DNA from: Marsupella aquatica
Taxonomy: Eukaryota; Plantae; Marchantiophyta
NCBI GenBank assembly: GCA_973895155.1
Contig: OZ316891.1
Coordinates: 14,725,037 to 14,789,036 of the forward strand
Length of the DNA: 64,000 bases
Direction of reading: 5' to 3'
Under the pieces are notes generated by a model. The model saw only the letters and a program-made list of their open reading frames with translations. It had not been told where the DNA came from and did no database searches. Each line of letters opens with the position of its first letter. Position 1 is the stretch's first letter. Both the position numbers and the translations under genes were made by a program. Below, piece by piece: positions 24,945-38,062 of the stretch.

Positions 24945-27099
24945 ATGGCGAGCGAAGAGGGGACTGGTGGTGATGGAGGAGCTTCTGGCAACAGCGGAGG
25001 CAACCGAGGGGGGGGGATCGATTGAAGGCGATTGTGGATGAGCATTTTTTGGTTGCACAGTTGAGTCAAATTGATTTCACCAGTCCAGCAGGGCTGGCAT
25101 CATTGAGTGCCCTTCTGGGCCAAGCCTTGCAAGCAGGTCTCACTGCAGGGCAAGCAGCAGTGGAGGAGGATGCAAGGAAGGCAGCAGAGCAGGCGGCTGC
25201 TGAGAGGAAGCGAAAGAGGGACGAGAGAGCTCAGGCTGGAGTGCTCTCGCCTCAAGCATTGGAAAAGAAGAGGAGGAAAGATGAGAGAGACCTGATCAGG
25301 AAACAGAGGGAGGAGCAAAGAAAGAAGGAGGCAGCAAGGAGGAAGCTGCCTCTGATTACTTTAGAGGATGAGGGGATTCCCACCGAGCTTGCTTACAATG
25401 GGGCCAAGAGCACAATCAGGCACATTGTATCCACAAATTTTGCAAGAGGAGTCGAGTGGGGCACTCGCTCAAAGGCAGAGCAGAAGCGAGTCATCAATCA
25501 GGTGAAAGATGCATTTCGAAATGGAGGAGAGATGGATTCACAGTGGCTTGCTGACAAAATTTCAAACTCCATGTCACAAGCTAGATACCATGATAGAATG
25601 AAGATCAGGTCTCACCTTAGAGATTTGGAGGAGTATAGGAATTTGCAGAGGCCGCTGCAATTCTCAGAAGATATCTGGCAGGCCTTCTACCAGACAGAGG
25701 TGAAGTTGAAAGCAGCCAGGCTCCTCAATGATTTCACAGAGAAGCTGGCAAAGGCTCGAAGGGCAAAGGAGGCCGGGAAGTCTGACCGGGACCTGAAGGT
25801 GATGGAGCAGAAGGTAGCCCAGCTCCAGCAGGTTGTAGCAGAAGTAGGCGATCCACCCAACAAGTTCCTGAAGGCAGCTGAGCGAGTCCGAGACAAGCCC
25901 AACATCACCCACAGGCTGGGTCAAGGTGGCCTCCCCGGCCTCAAAGCAGCATTCGTGAGTGCACCTCCCTCTCCTCCCTTGACTTCTTGCTACTCCAATT
26001 CCTATTCCAACACACCTGCAATGAGCCAACTCTTTCTTGCATTTCCACCAACTAGTTACAATTAGACTTGTTGTGTCAGATTAGGTCACGTACAGTTGCT
26101 TCCCTCTCGGGTTTTTGCCATGACAGAGTTTGCGATACATTTGCGATGCGGGTAGCTTCGCAAATCCTTCGCAAACCTTATTATGCCCTTTTTTTGCTTA
26201 CGTTTGCGAAGGCGTTGCGAAGACGTTCGCATCGCAACCAGCTTCGCAAACGTAATTGTCCTTATGATTGCGAAGCTGGCGCCTTCACAAAATTTCAAAA
26301 ATTTGAATTTTTAAATTTTCCGATCGTTTAAGTGTGCTTTGAGGGTCTTCCCCATATATGCCACCCTCCATAACCCCAAAACCTTGATGCACCACCCCAC
26401 CAGCCCCAACAAACCCCCTAATTTTTAGAAGCCATGTGAATCGGGTTATGGGTTGGTGTTAACCCAATTGTGCTGGTTTTATTTTGGCTTAGTACAAGAG
26501 GTACAAGAGGAAGATTACGGCGGCTGAGATGGAGGTGGGCCAGAAACATGGGAAGGAGCATCTCTTTCAGCAAGTTGATGAATTATTGGTGAGAATTTTT
26601 AGGTTATTACATTCATTGCAATTTTGAATGAATATCTCTTTTGTTCACACTTGTAAAGAATATGAGACTAACAGACATCCTGGTTTGCTAATGGAAGCAG
26701 GGAGGGGAGGATGGTGACTCCCATACCGAGGGTGGCACCGATAGTAGTGATGAGGATGTGGAGGGGACAGGGGAGGGGAGCACAGCTCCTGCTACTCAAG
26801 CCAGGCCAACTAGCACTGGAGACCAGTCATTTGCATCAGCACGTTCCAGTGGTGCTGGGGGTGGTAGCGCGGCAAGCCAGGGCGGTGGAGGTGGGGATGA
26901 GGATGAGGATGAGGATGAGGGTGACCCCGAGGGTGACCAAGAGGAGGAGGAAGTCCAGGTTGCACCCCCCCCCCCCAAGAGCACACAAGGGCAAGGAGAA
27001 GGCCAAGGGGAAGAAGGCAAGGAGGGGCAGGAACACTCCTTTCTAGCTCGATGTAGACAAGTTGTAGCTAGAGCACTTACATCGAGTTCACATGTATAG
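24945..27099 (+). CDS. CACTA ORF2 / TnpA-like (Ptta/En/Spm-type) protein; predicted exons 24945-25954, 26493-26588, 26701-27046 or 27099; apparent homopolymer frameshifts
   Basis: Basic coiled-coil N-terminus, then a W...V...F...W...R..P....W pattern and HRLGQGG, resembling CACTA ORF2 proteins. Phase-0 GT-AG introns at 25955-26492 and 26589-26700; acidic C-terminus. The ATG at 24945 is out of frame across a G9 run (25008-25016). A C12 run (26965-26976) separates the reading frame from a basic KGKEKAKGKKARRGR tail. Confidence 0.65.
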
Positions 27100-27294
27100 C
27101 GATCAGCATGCATGGCCGTGGCACTTTACCTAAGGGTTTTTACCTTTCCATTTTGTAACTTTTGTACTTTTTCAGTAATGCCATTTTCATTGCGGCAGAC
27201 TGGGTCAACATCACTTTCCTCCCTCCTTCAAAACCCATGAATGGTCTCCCTCACCCTCACCCTAACCCAAATACACAAAAACCCATGAAATATA

Positions 27295-27810
27295 CATTTT
27301 GCGAAGCTTTTGAGAACCAACCCCCATCTCAAAGAGCCACGGTGAACGTATCGCAACCATTTCGAGGAGAAACGCATCGCAACACTTGCGATGTTGTCTA
27401 AATCACAACCCTAGCAAAGACTTCCTCTCCACACGTTTGCGAGTTAAATGCCTTTGCAGCAAAGCGGTCATCCGCTTCTCGCAATCTTACGAGTTTGTTT
27501 GCATCGCAAGTTATAGAGAAATTTAACATCGGAAATTGCGATGTAAATGTTATCGCAACGCGAGCGATTCATTTGTTCTCGCAAAATAATGAAATTTGTC
27601 GTTTCTCAATATTTGCAAGGACAGTGCCGTCGCAACGTTGCGGAGATGTTGCGACGTATTTAGAATCGCAAGTTGCGAAGTATTTGCGAAGGGCCGTTTG
27701 CGAAGAATTTGAGATGGGAAGTAGCGAAGACGTTGCGATGCGAGTAAGTTCGCAAATTGGGTATTTCGGATTTTGTTTCCTTTGTATGATGCGAAGGGTG
27801 GTGGTTTGCA
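27295..27810. repeat. Right subterminal repeat array of the CACTA element
   Basis: Same TTGCGA/TCGCAA motif family, densely repeated up to the right TIR. Confidence 0.85.
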
Positions 27811-28197
27811 AAAGAGGTGCATAGTGTTGTAGTGATTGCAAATGGTTTGATCACTTGACATTGCGGTCACAGTCAAGCGCATTTGGCGATGCCTTTGGAC
27901 ACCCAACACCCGTAGAACCTGCGTTGTAAAGTAGTTTTCTTGGGTTATAATAAGGGCTGAAAATTTTGTTATAAAAACATTTGACACTAAGTGGTACCTT
28001 TGGCCTGGAAGTCCATTGGGAGAGAACATACATCTTTTGGTTATGGAGAGAAAAGGTTTTGTTTGGAGGTCCACAAAGTACATTTGCCCCTCTTGAGGAT
28101 ACAAAACTCTTCCCTTGAGCATGACCTGAATCTAAATCTATGAAGGTTGGGATATGTATGGATCTAAATTCTAAATCCATTCAAGGCACATATTATT

Positions 28198-29494
28198 CCC
28201 TGGGCCCTCAGCGTTACTAATGCAGGGAGGACGTGCGAACAACGCAAGGGTATTTTTAATGTAATGCAAACTAATTTTTATAATATTTTTTAAAGTAGGC
28301 AACATCCATGTATATACATTCATCACAATATTAGTAATAAGGCTCTTATCAAATACATGTCACATTAATCTTATGCAAGGGTACCTAAAATGCCAAGGAC
28401 ACGTGTCACTATATGGTTGGCACACATGTCATCACTTCATTGGCACACATGTCCATGTAGTAAATTAGACATTTAATTATTTATCCTCTTAAGGCAAGTT
28501 TGGTTTCATGGGCTTGCATGGTACAAACTTGTTTACCCGCATGGGTTAAGTTGGGAGTTAAGTAAATGTTGGGCCAGGATTTTGGGGCCCAACTCGATTG
28601 GGGTTCTGGGATTGATGGGGACCCATGAATCAATCCCACATAGACAAACAAGATTACTTTTGAATTCCCTTGAATCAAATGGCCAAGTATGAGGCCAAGT
28701 GTGTTTGTGTGTGGGGTGGTGTACTCCCTTGATCATTGGGTTGGGGGGTACCCGGTGCTCACAGTTGTTTGATTGCAGAGATGGCAGGAAAATTACCCAC
28801 GGTCATGTCTAAGTAACAATTTCAGCCAAAGGAGATTTGATGGTATTACTCTGACTCCACAATTTTTAGTAGTCATTTTTTGTATTATTAGTACTTTGTG
28901 TCTAGAATATATATGATTAATGTGTGGTTTGATGTGTCAGGTTGCATGAAAGAAGTTGCCAAAAACTCTACTTATCATTTGGTGTTAATGGTTGATGTCA
29001 TACCATTCTTAGTCAAGATAGAATAATTTTGCAATTAGAGTTTACATAAGTAGTATATATGCAATTATTCCTCCAAGGATATAGCATAGTATAATAATGC
29101 CTTTGTACTAGTTCAGTTTATCTCTATGAGGTCTACAAGTTACCTGAGTTATAGTCATATACTCTAGGAAGAACTATAAATCTTTAGTACTAATTTTGTT
29201 ATGATCTATATAAACTATGCACCATGAACATTAGCGTAACATAATATTCCCCTATGCAAAATAGAATCTTTTACGTTTCAGTATGATATTTACAAATTTT
29301 AAAAATTCAAGGGTTTTTTAATTCCTTGAAAAACTCTGTTATAATTTACAAAAGGATAAATTTTTATAGGAAAAAATAATGTTTTTACATTAACAAGGGA
29401 TTTTTTTTGTGAACACAAATATTAAGAAGGGGTACACAGGGGGTGTCTGTTCTCAGGGGGGTTCACTTAATATAGTAAGAGTGAGGGCCCAGGG
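28198..29494. mobile_element. Non-autonomous TIR element, 1.3 kb, 8-bp TSD
   Basis: TIR ccctgggccctcagcgttacta versus right-end reverse complement ccctgggccctcactcttacta. TSD atattatt at 28190-28197 and 29495-29502. No long ORF. Confidence 0.8.
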
Positions 29495-31432
29495 ATATTA
29501 TTGGAGTTTACCAGATTGAAGCTGCAACAAGTTTGCCAAAATGAGTGCCAAATAATTTGCAATATACTCTGAAGTTGCTCAGACATTCAAAGTCTAGTTT
29601 TAATATTTGATATGATTCTTCAAGAAAGCCACAAAGATTTTCCTTAAGTATGCCCTAATTGAACTTTAGTATAGCTTTGACTTTACCCATGCAGTGCACA
29701 TAAGCGAGTACAGAAGATGTGGGAGAAGATGTCATTGAGCAAAAGGTTTCATCCATTGCTTAAGATATGACATTGTTGAACATAGATGACATTCACAATG
29801 GTAAGTGTTAGGAATTGACTCTCAGTTCTCAACTTCTAGTTAGTTTGGCCTTACTAGGATTAGTTTATAATAAGATACACTTATTAAGGCTCACACATCT
29901 TACTCAAGGGTGGAAGGAAGAGACACTTTGCCACTGAAAAAGAGCACAACAGCTTGAGTAAGAGGCTCCAAAGTAGCAATATGATTTGTAGACATGGACA
30001 ACATAGGGAACCTAAAGGCTCCATGATGCAATGGTTGTTTAGGAAGGCATGGCCTGATTAGTTGTTCTGCTATTTTGGGCCGGTTGTTCCCCTGGTGCTG
30101 GGCGCCGTTGTTTCCTTTGCTGGGGTGGCTTTTGTCCCTCCGCGTGGTATTTGATGGGCCCTGCGTCCTCTTTTCTAAAAAAAAAACTCCCCCTTGGGGG
30201 TATAGGTTGGAGGGAGAGCATTATCTCCCTCATTCTTCACATGTACTCTCATATGCTATGAATCCATCAGGAGTTTCTCCACTTGGAGTGTCTCGTTGAT
30301 GTAGCGTATGATTGAATGTCTCTCTCATGTTCTGCATTGTTGTCTAGTCCGGAGCCGACGGTTTCTTACAGTAAGCACATGACACGTCCAACACACAAGT
30401 AATCTATGCGAGAGATACGTGGTTCACCTCCTAAGTCCACGGGAACACAAAAGAGAGCTTTACTAAATTCTAAACACGTCGGCCACACCAAGTCTCCAGA
30501 ATGTAAGCTCTCTTTATCTCTCAAGTGGCTTGTAACAATGAGTCCTAGTTCCACTTATTCTAGCAAACACCGCTTAAATAGGATATAGTGTGCAACTCAG
30601 TTTCTTTTTTGGTTGTTATTTGTTATTTGTTTTTTTTTTCAGAAAACCAGAACACCAAGGGCCGGGACCCAAACACCGCGCCCAGGGGACGAAAGCCACC
30701 CTGGACACCCACAAGCCAAAGGCCAAACCCACGAGCCACAAAACCTAATCAGGCCATGAGACCCTAATCAGCCACCAGAAAGTGTCTGTCCCCTGTCTGT
30801 CTTCAAATCTTCTCTACTTTCACCACCCTATCTATCTCTGACTAATGTAGTTAGTGCTAATTCTCTAATATTGGCGCGTAAATTTATTATTGCTCGTCCT
30901 ATTCCAGCAAATACCACCGCCATTCATCGTGCTAGCCTGGTTGTTGGGACCCCACCTCTTGCATTCTTTGCCAAGATTTGTCACCACCAGCTCTGCTCCC
31001 CGTAAACATGATCTCTCTTCAGTTGCAGTCATCACCCAGGGCCGCATCACCACCTTCAGTTGGTCAAGAGTAGTCTGGATTTTTCTAACTGTTCTTCCTT
31101 GGCAATCCGAGTTGGCAATCTGCACATTCCCATCATAGCTTGAAGGTGGTGCTCAGTGTGCCTAATGATCACCCACCTTGGCATTCTCCCCAGGAATTGT
31201 GAATATGTGGCAGCGTTCCTTTCCTTTCAGATGCTCTCACACATTTCCATCCAGAAAATCAGTGGTCCCGGTCTTTGTTTGTGCAACTTGATAGTAACTT
31301 CAATTGCCGTTGTCGGGGGAACCTTTAGTTCTTGGGAAGCACCGAGCTCTTGTTTTTCCTATCTTGGAAGAAACCTTTCCAAAGTACGTTTTTTCTCACC
31401 TCACACTCAGGGGTTAACTTAGTGTATATTTT

Positions 31433-31662
31433 GGGGACCACGTGCGATCATAGCCTAATATAAATACACTTGTTTTATAATGGGAATATTCCAAAAACAT
31501 TATCTATTTTTAATATTAATAACCTATTTTACTTTATAAAAAATATATGCTAGAGAATATTCTATAAATATTGGTCTATAATACCTTCTTTTGCTTCCTA
31601 CGCTTTTTAAAAATTTAGCTAATTTCTATGAAAAATACTTATTTTGGATCGCACGTGGTTCC
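31433..31662. mobile_element. Short AT-rich MITE-like element
   Basis: Inverted repeats ggggaccacgtgcgatc and gatcgcacgtggttcc surround a very AT-rich core; TSD unclear. Confidence 0.6.
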
Positions 31663-32675
31663 TAAGATTTTTGATAGTCAACCCCCCGAGACCTCACATT
31701 ACCCTTGCGATCCTCTTTGTCGATCAATTTCCCTCACCATTACCCTCTAAAATATCTCTCACAGCCTTTGTCCCACTCTACGATGAGCAACTTCCTCACA
31801 CTAAGCCTCAAATCGGCTTATCCTCTTTCTGCATAACTTACTTCCCAAGTCAAGTCATGGATTGCAATTTCTAACGAATCCTACAATTAGATAAGTCAAT
31901 TATAGAAAATAAAGACTATAATCTTAAGATTTACCATAGATGATATAATCACAGGCTCTTGCATACTAAGCATAACATTGTATCTTTTATCTCCATATTT
32001 TCTAACTAAAACATCTTACAATCAATCTTCTTACGACATACCACTCTAATGTCAATAGATGAAGGAAAATCAGACACATTATTAGGAAGCCTATTCAAAT
32101 CTAACTCCAGTACATTTACGGGTTATCTATTAAAATCCATCTAATATAAAATAAAAATAGTTACATTCCACTCATTTCCATAAACAACAATCGGATATAC
32201 AAATGGTGCATTGCTATTCATAACTGTTTCCATTAACTCAAACCCAAAATAATAAAGAAGATGCATTCTCATGGTATGTTTGCTAAGACAATGAATTCTA
32301 ATTAAGAAAGAATTGACAAATGACACAGCAGGTGGGAGATAAACTCTAGGTACTCCATTTATCATATTATTCACTACAAGCACACTAAATTAATCTCAAG
32401 ACTAATAAACATAAAATATAAAATAGTTCTAAGGCCAACAATCAAGTTAGTACCCAAGCATTGATGTAAATAATAAATAAGAGGGGAAGAGTTCCTTACA
32501 GTGTTGCGAGTCCAACATGATAGATCAAACAATGCGAATGAGGAGAGTGTGCTCCTCTTCACTTTATTTATAATGCCCCTTTGTGCTTTCCAAGAGGGCA
32601 TGGATCGATGCCTTAACTCTTGGATGGAAGCCAAGTGGCAAGCATCAAGCACTTATAAGTGTGATAATACTATTC

Positions 32676-32875
32676 ATAGTTGGTGGAACTACTGTGCATA
32701 GTTGGTGGAATTATTACGCGTAATTTGTGGAACTACTATGCGTAATTGGTGCAACTACTATGCGCAATTGGTGAAACTACTATGCGTAATTGGTAGAACT
32801 ACTATGCGTAGTTGGTGAAATTACTATGCATAGTTGGTTAAACTACTATGCATAAATGGTGGAACTACTGTGTAT
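32676..32875. repeat. 22-bp minisatellite, about 9 copies
   Basis: Consensus approximately ttggtggaactactatgcgtaa, head to tail with no spacers. Confidence 0.9.
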
Positions 32876-35800
32876 CATTGTAGAATGTACACACTACATA
32901 TAGAATGTAATATATATGCTCTAATAGTTATACTATGAAGCTTTTAAGTAAAACCCTTTTCACATAAACTCAAATAACACAATATGGATTCTAGCCTTCT
33001 AGAGGGAATCCTCACGACACCGTGTACAATGAGGTCTTTAGAAGGTTGATGGAGGGCACCCCCTGGAGAATCCTTTCAGTTTCCTTCCAGCGTTCAATCA
33101 CAGTCCTGCAGCTGAAAAACAAATGCTATGTATGTTTAAGCACATCCTGCAGCGATTGCATACATCACATACCTTCTAGTGGCTTCCACGGTCGTTTGTG
33201 AAGAAACCATGATTCAGAAGGCGCCACAGGAGGAATCTCACCTTCGGGAGCGACCACCCTCCCCACAAACTCTTCCAAGTTTTGTTCCATTGTTCAGTGT
33301 GCAACTCACTTAACCTAACCATGTCTCTAACTATGGTTACATGTCGTAACCCTAGACATAAGAGTACCTAATAGACATTGCATAGTAGATGTCATTGCGG
33401 AAACAATATCATTGTGCAAAAGATGTTATGTGAAAAAAATCATTGCATATTAAAATATGTTGCCTTGTGTAGACAAGGCGATTCTGCAAAGAGGTGTTGC
33501 ATCAAGTTTCATTGATTAAAAGACATTGTTGCTTAAAAGATGCTATAATGAAAGACATTCAATTTGTTGCATGAAACATGTTGTCTTCCTATTCTTTCCT
33601 AGGCAGAAGAATGTCAATTTATGTAGTAGAACCATGATAAGGGTATGTTTATCCTAGGTAGTTTGTGGTATGAAAGTTGTCATTTGGTTGGGTTGTTGTT
33701 GTTGCGGAAATGTACCACTTTGGTCACTGTTGTTGTAGTGTTGTTTTTGGAGAGGACAAACGTCAGTGCAAAGGGACAAAGGCCACCCATTGCAGAGTCT
33801 AAGTTTACATGGTCACCCAATTTGAGGGAGTATTTTCAGTTTTTTTGACTGATAATTACATAATCCAGAGTTTTTATATATATCCAGAGTTTTTCAAAAA
33901 TTTCAATATCTCAGTCAATGGATTTGTTAATTTGATCCAAAAATTGAGATAAAGGTGTGAACCAAAAAAAGTCATTACTAATGGAGTTGGAGTTACTAGA
34001 CTTTTGGGTGCTGGTTATTTTAGTTTTCAGTAATTTTTAAACAATTTTTTTTTTTCAATTTTTCATTTTGGGTGGGTGTGGGCATGCTTAGGGCAGCTTG
34101 GGATAGGAGGAGTATCTGGTGGGATCTGATAAAGGAACAGATTGTGATGAAGGGCTAGGATTGGGACTGGCTTTTTCTCATTTTGTAAGCATATTAAGAA
34201 ATAAGTTTTGGTGGGGTAGGGTATTACAGTGTTTAGTACAAACAAGCAAGCTATGCTTTGGATTTTCATGCAGTAGTGATTCACTCTTTTCTTAACTCCA
34301 CATACTGAGGAACATAGGCCTGGCTATCAGATTCCTCTAATGCTCCATTGTGTATTGGAGCACCTGCGTAATGTGAACAGAGTCGTGTTATGTTGTTATC
34401 ATTATGCTTTGTCTTAGCAATTTTCTGGTATTTGTGTTGATCTATATCAAACAAGGTTGAATGTAGAAGAATGTTGGTATTTGTCTTGATTGGTCTTGTA
34501 TAGAATCTAATGAGATTATAAGAAATCATCTGGGTATTATTTTTCTATATGATCCAAAAGCTTTTAATTTTTCAAAATAACACAATGAGGGGCCTGATAG
34601 GGGGCTTTGTTCTCGAAGTATTTAGCATTTACAAGGATGGCTGATGGTCATGTACGTCTCCACTCAGGCTGTAACATTTATATGTTGTCCTCGCTGATGA
34701 TGGTGCAGTCACAGAAAACCAATATTCTTCTCACATTGTATGCAGTATGAGTACTTTAGTCCATCATCCAACACTAGCCAAAAACCAACATTCTTCTCAC
34801 ATTATTGTAGTGGTGTTGATTAATCAATCAATTAACAATTGCCCAATAGTTTGACAACAAAGTCTATCTACTAAAGAGGGAATGATGCTTGATATGACAC
34901 CTATTCAAGTATGTGTGAGACTTCCCCTGTTCACTCACATGTTAAGTGGTTCCAGTTTGTTCATTTTTGTAAACATAAAAAAATTGAATAGTAAATGCTT
35001 CGTTAAGGTAAAGCCAAGATAAACATGTAAGGGTTTGAACTTTGATAAGAGCCATGGTGATCAAAGAACCAGCCACCAGCTAGTCTGGGTGCACCAGGTG
35101 AGCAGCAAACAGAAGCGACAACCAAGAGCCTCCACCTCCCAGATACAGATCTGTAAAGTCATACAGATGCCTGTTTTTGGCCACTCCAATTGGTCATCTG
35201 AGACAGTCAATAGAAAGAGCTGGTTACTAAAACAAAACTATTACAGCAAAGTTATAACTAATTGATATTTTGGGCAGGGAATAGCTGGTCTGGTGAGGTC
35301 TGGTCTGGTCTGCCCCTCCCCTGGGTTTGGCCTGAACTGCCTTATCCCGGTATGCTAGGAAGTGAGAACCAGGGCAGCCCTGGAATGGACCCATCCAATT
35401 GTATGATGTACATGGGTGCTTTTAGTTAAATCATTTAGTACTCTCAGGAGGGCACATGTAGGTCCTCCAAAGTCCATTTAACGAGCCAATTTCATGATTA
35501 GGTGCAGAAGCTCACAGGCTTTCTAAGTCTTGTTTCAAAAGTGAGTATTAACAGCTTTCATGTGTTTGCAGCTGTTTAGCCACAACTAGACCCACTAGAT
35601 TATTCAAATCCCTTCCAACACACGGACGATATTAAGAATATTAAAAACTTTCTGCAACAGAAGACAGATGTCTACTTGTGGTGTCTAGATCTAAGTAATA
35701 AATAGTAGATAACCCAGGGAATGATGAGAGGAGAATTAGTGACATCGATCGGATAAAATGTGCGAAGGCCACATATAAGACAGATGACATCATGCTGAGG

Positions 35801-38062
35801 ATGAAAAATGACATTAAAAAACTGTAGTTATGACAGGTGAACGGTTCTTTTGCTGTATTTCCAGGCCTCCTCCACCTCTCCGTTTGTACTTGCACTTATT
35901 TTGACTGCAGAAGCTTGAGTGATATTGTTTGAGTGGTTAATAAAAAATGTCACTTAAGGAGCTGCAACAGTGAAGAATTTAGGCAGAAAACTTGACATCT
36001 GATAAACTGGTGTTCCATTTGACACACAAGAGGACTGCCCTCCACCTGGGCTTCAAGGCGCAGCTACCGAGCCATCAGCAGTCATAAAACAATTAATAAG
36101 GGGGGATGAAAAGCCTGTCTGCCGATAGAGGATTCCGAACAAAGGTGAGGACCCTGTCTAGTGTGAATTGTGAAGTTTAACCCAGCTAGTCATCACTTTC
36201 GTGTTACCAGAGAATCACATTAAACCGGGAACTTGTAGACATTTTCTTTCCAGCCTTCTACATTCAGAAGTAGTCGACAGGTAGGGCTGAGAGGTGCCCC
36301 AGTTGAGTAGGCTAGTACTCGATACCTTCTGGGTGGTGCACCTATCATGTTGGGAGAAATCAGTCTAAATTTCACTGCGCTCATTACACTGCTACGAAGA
36401 ACAGATCCTTGTCCTTCTGATAAAATGCCACCCATTCTGTTGACACCCTCACGGGAGGATGAGAGACTCCAAGGAAAATTCGATTCATCAAGAGTAGCTA
36501 AAACATCGAATTGTTTCTTCCTGCTTACTACTGAAAGTAGTGATTCAGTTGTAGCTGGGTAATTTTAGGTGAATAATTGGAAGTACCAGATGGTTTTCCG
36601 AGGAGAGGCTGAGTGCCCTACGCGAGTGTTTTGACTCTATTGTTTGATGTACTTAAGCTGGATTCTTCACTGTTTGCTTTAGTACGAGATTTCACACATC
36701 AAATAATCAAAACGATAACAGATAGAACCCATTTCAATGAGACCGTAATCAAAGTTCAGTCCGAGACACCACACTTCAAACTAGAAGTTTGTTGATACAA
36801 AGGGTACCGACTTCCTTCCTAACAAACTAAAATATCTACTGAGTCCCCATACCCAACGCAGCCACCCATGACCTCCTCCAAAAATTGAGAAACTTCCTAT
36901 AGACAAGCTATGAGATATCCAAACGCCGCTTACACACGATCTTCTTCAGCTTTTGCAGCTCCATAAAATGAGAAGGTTTAGGTCTGATAGTAACAAAGAC
37001 CGCTAAAGAAAACATGCACAACTAGAAAGGTGCCAGCAGGTTGTTGATAAACCTAAAAACTACAGGTTATGGAACAGATGGATCTCTAAAAACGAAGAAT
37101 AACTGAGCCGTTACCTCTAAAGCATACGGAGTGCCAGGAGCGATGCATCAGCTACCAGGATTCTCCACATAAAACTTACCTGAAGTTCAGAGATCAAGTG
37201 TATGCCATCCTCTGCAGAACGCCAACCTGGCCTTGAAGATCTTACTTTACAGTTCGTTACTGGTCTGTTAAAAATAATTGAAGTTATATTTCCTACTCGT
37301 CTTTACCGTTTATCGTTGTTGAAAGATGGAGAATTTCCAAGATGATATGGAATCTTCGTAATAGGTGAAGAGTACTACCTTTCCGCAACCAGGTTTCAGG
37401 AAGAATCATCTCAATCAGCCGGAAAAACAAGTTTTATCTTTGCATTAAGATCAGAGGCACTGGACAGAGGTGTAGTAACTACCTTCATTACCTTTCCAGC
37501 ATAGAGTTGAACGGAACATCATTCATGTTCCTAAAATATCACTCTTATCCTGCATGATAGATCTCAAACAAAAATGACAGGAAAGAGATGCAGAGAATTA
37601 CCTTTCCGTGCCAGAGTTGAATAGAACGTCTAGTTCCTCGCAGATCACTTACGCTATCTAATATCTCAAAGAATACTTGACCTATCTGGACTTAGACATA
37701 TGAACACAAACATCTCTTCACTGGATTACCAACCCAGTGTAGCAAGGACTGGACCATGAAACCTAATCTAACACACATTCTCCTTGAGAACAGAACTCTT
37801 TGAACAATCCTTGCAACTGCACTCGTTGGACTCAGGCTAACCCAAGGTACGTCTGATCATGTACCCGTGAATCTGGCCAGACCTCAAGAGCATGTGCTAC
37901 CAACGTAAAGTTAGTCAACTTCAATGGCTGGCCCAATGTGCAGCATGGTGTAACGACAGATCTACTGCCAACCCCACTCCAGACTGTCACATGTCACATG
38001 CAGAGAAAACTGAGAGAAACTAGAGAACTCCATACCCACCTGCAGTCGAGCAAACCTTTCCT

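Larger units (their letters stand above)
16946..27834. mobile_element. Full-length CACTA (En/Spm) DNA transposon, ~10.9 kb
   Basis: Left end CACTACTACA at 16946; right end TGTTGTAGTG ends at 27834 (reverse complement CACTACAACA). A 3-bp TSD ATT lies at 16943-16945 and 27835-27837. Subterminal TTGCGA/TCGCAA arrays occur at both ends, and the interior holds a Tnp2-type transposase and an ORF2. Confidence 0.95.

Noticed and set aside
30300-30599. Solo LTR (TG...CA)
   Set aside because: The flanks (gttga / gtttc) give no matching TSD and there is no second copy in the window.
32676-32875. CRISPR-like array (also 40502-40730)
   Set aside because: Head-to-tail repeats with no unique spacers, no cas genes, and a eukaryotic context.
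33000-33290. Tiny two-exon gene on the - strand
   Set aside because: Splice-like signals exist, but the products are very short and unrecognisable.
37172-37184. U1 snRNA 5' end (ACTTACCTG) on the + strand
   Set aside because: The downstream sequence does not resemble U1; it is simply the complement of a 5' splice site.
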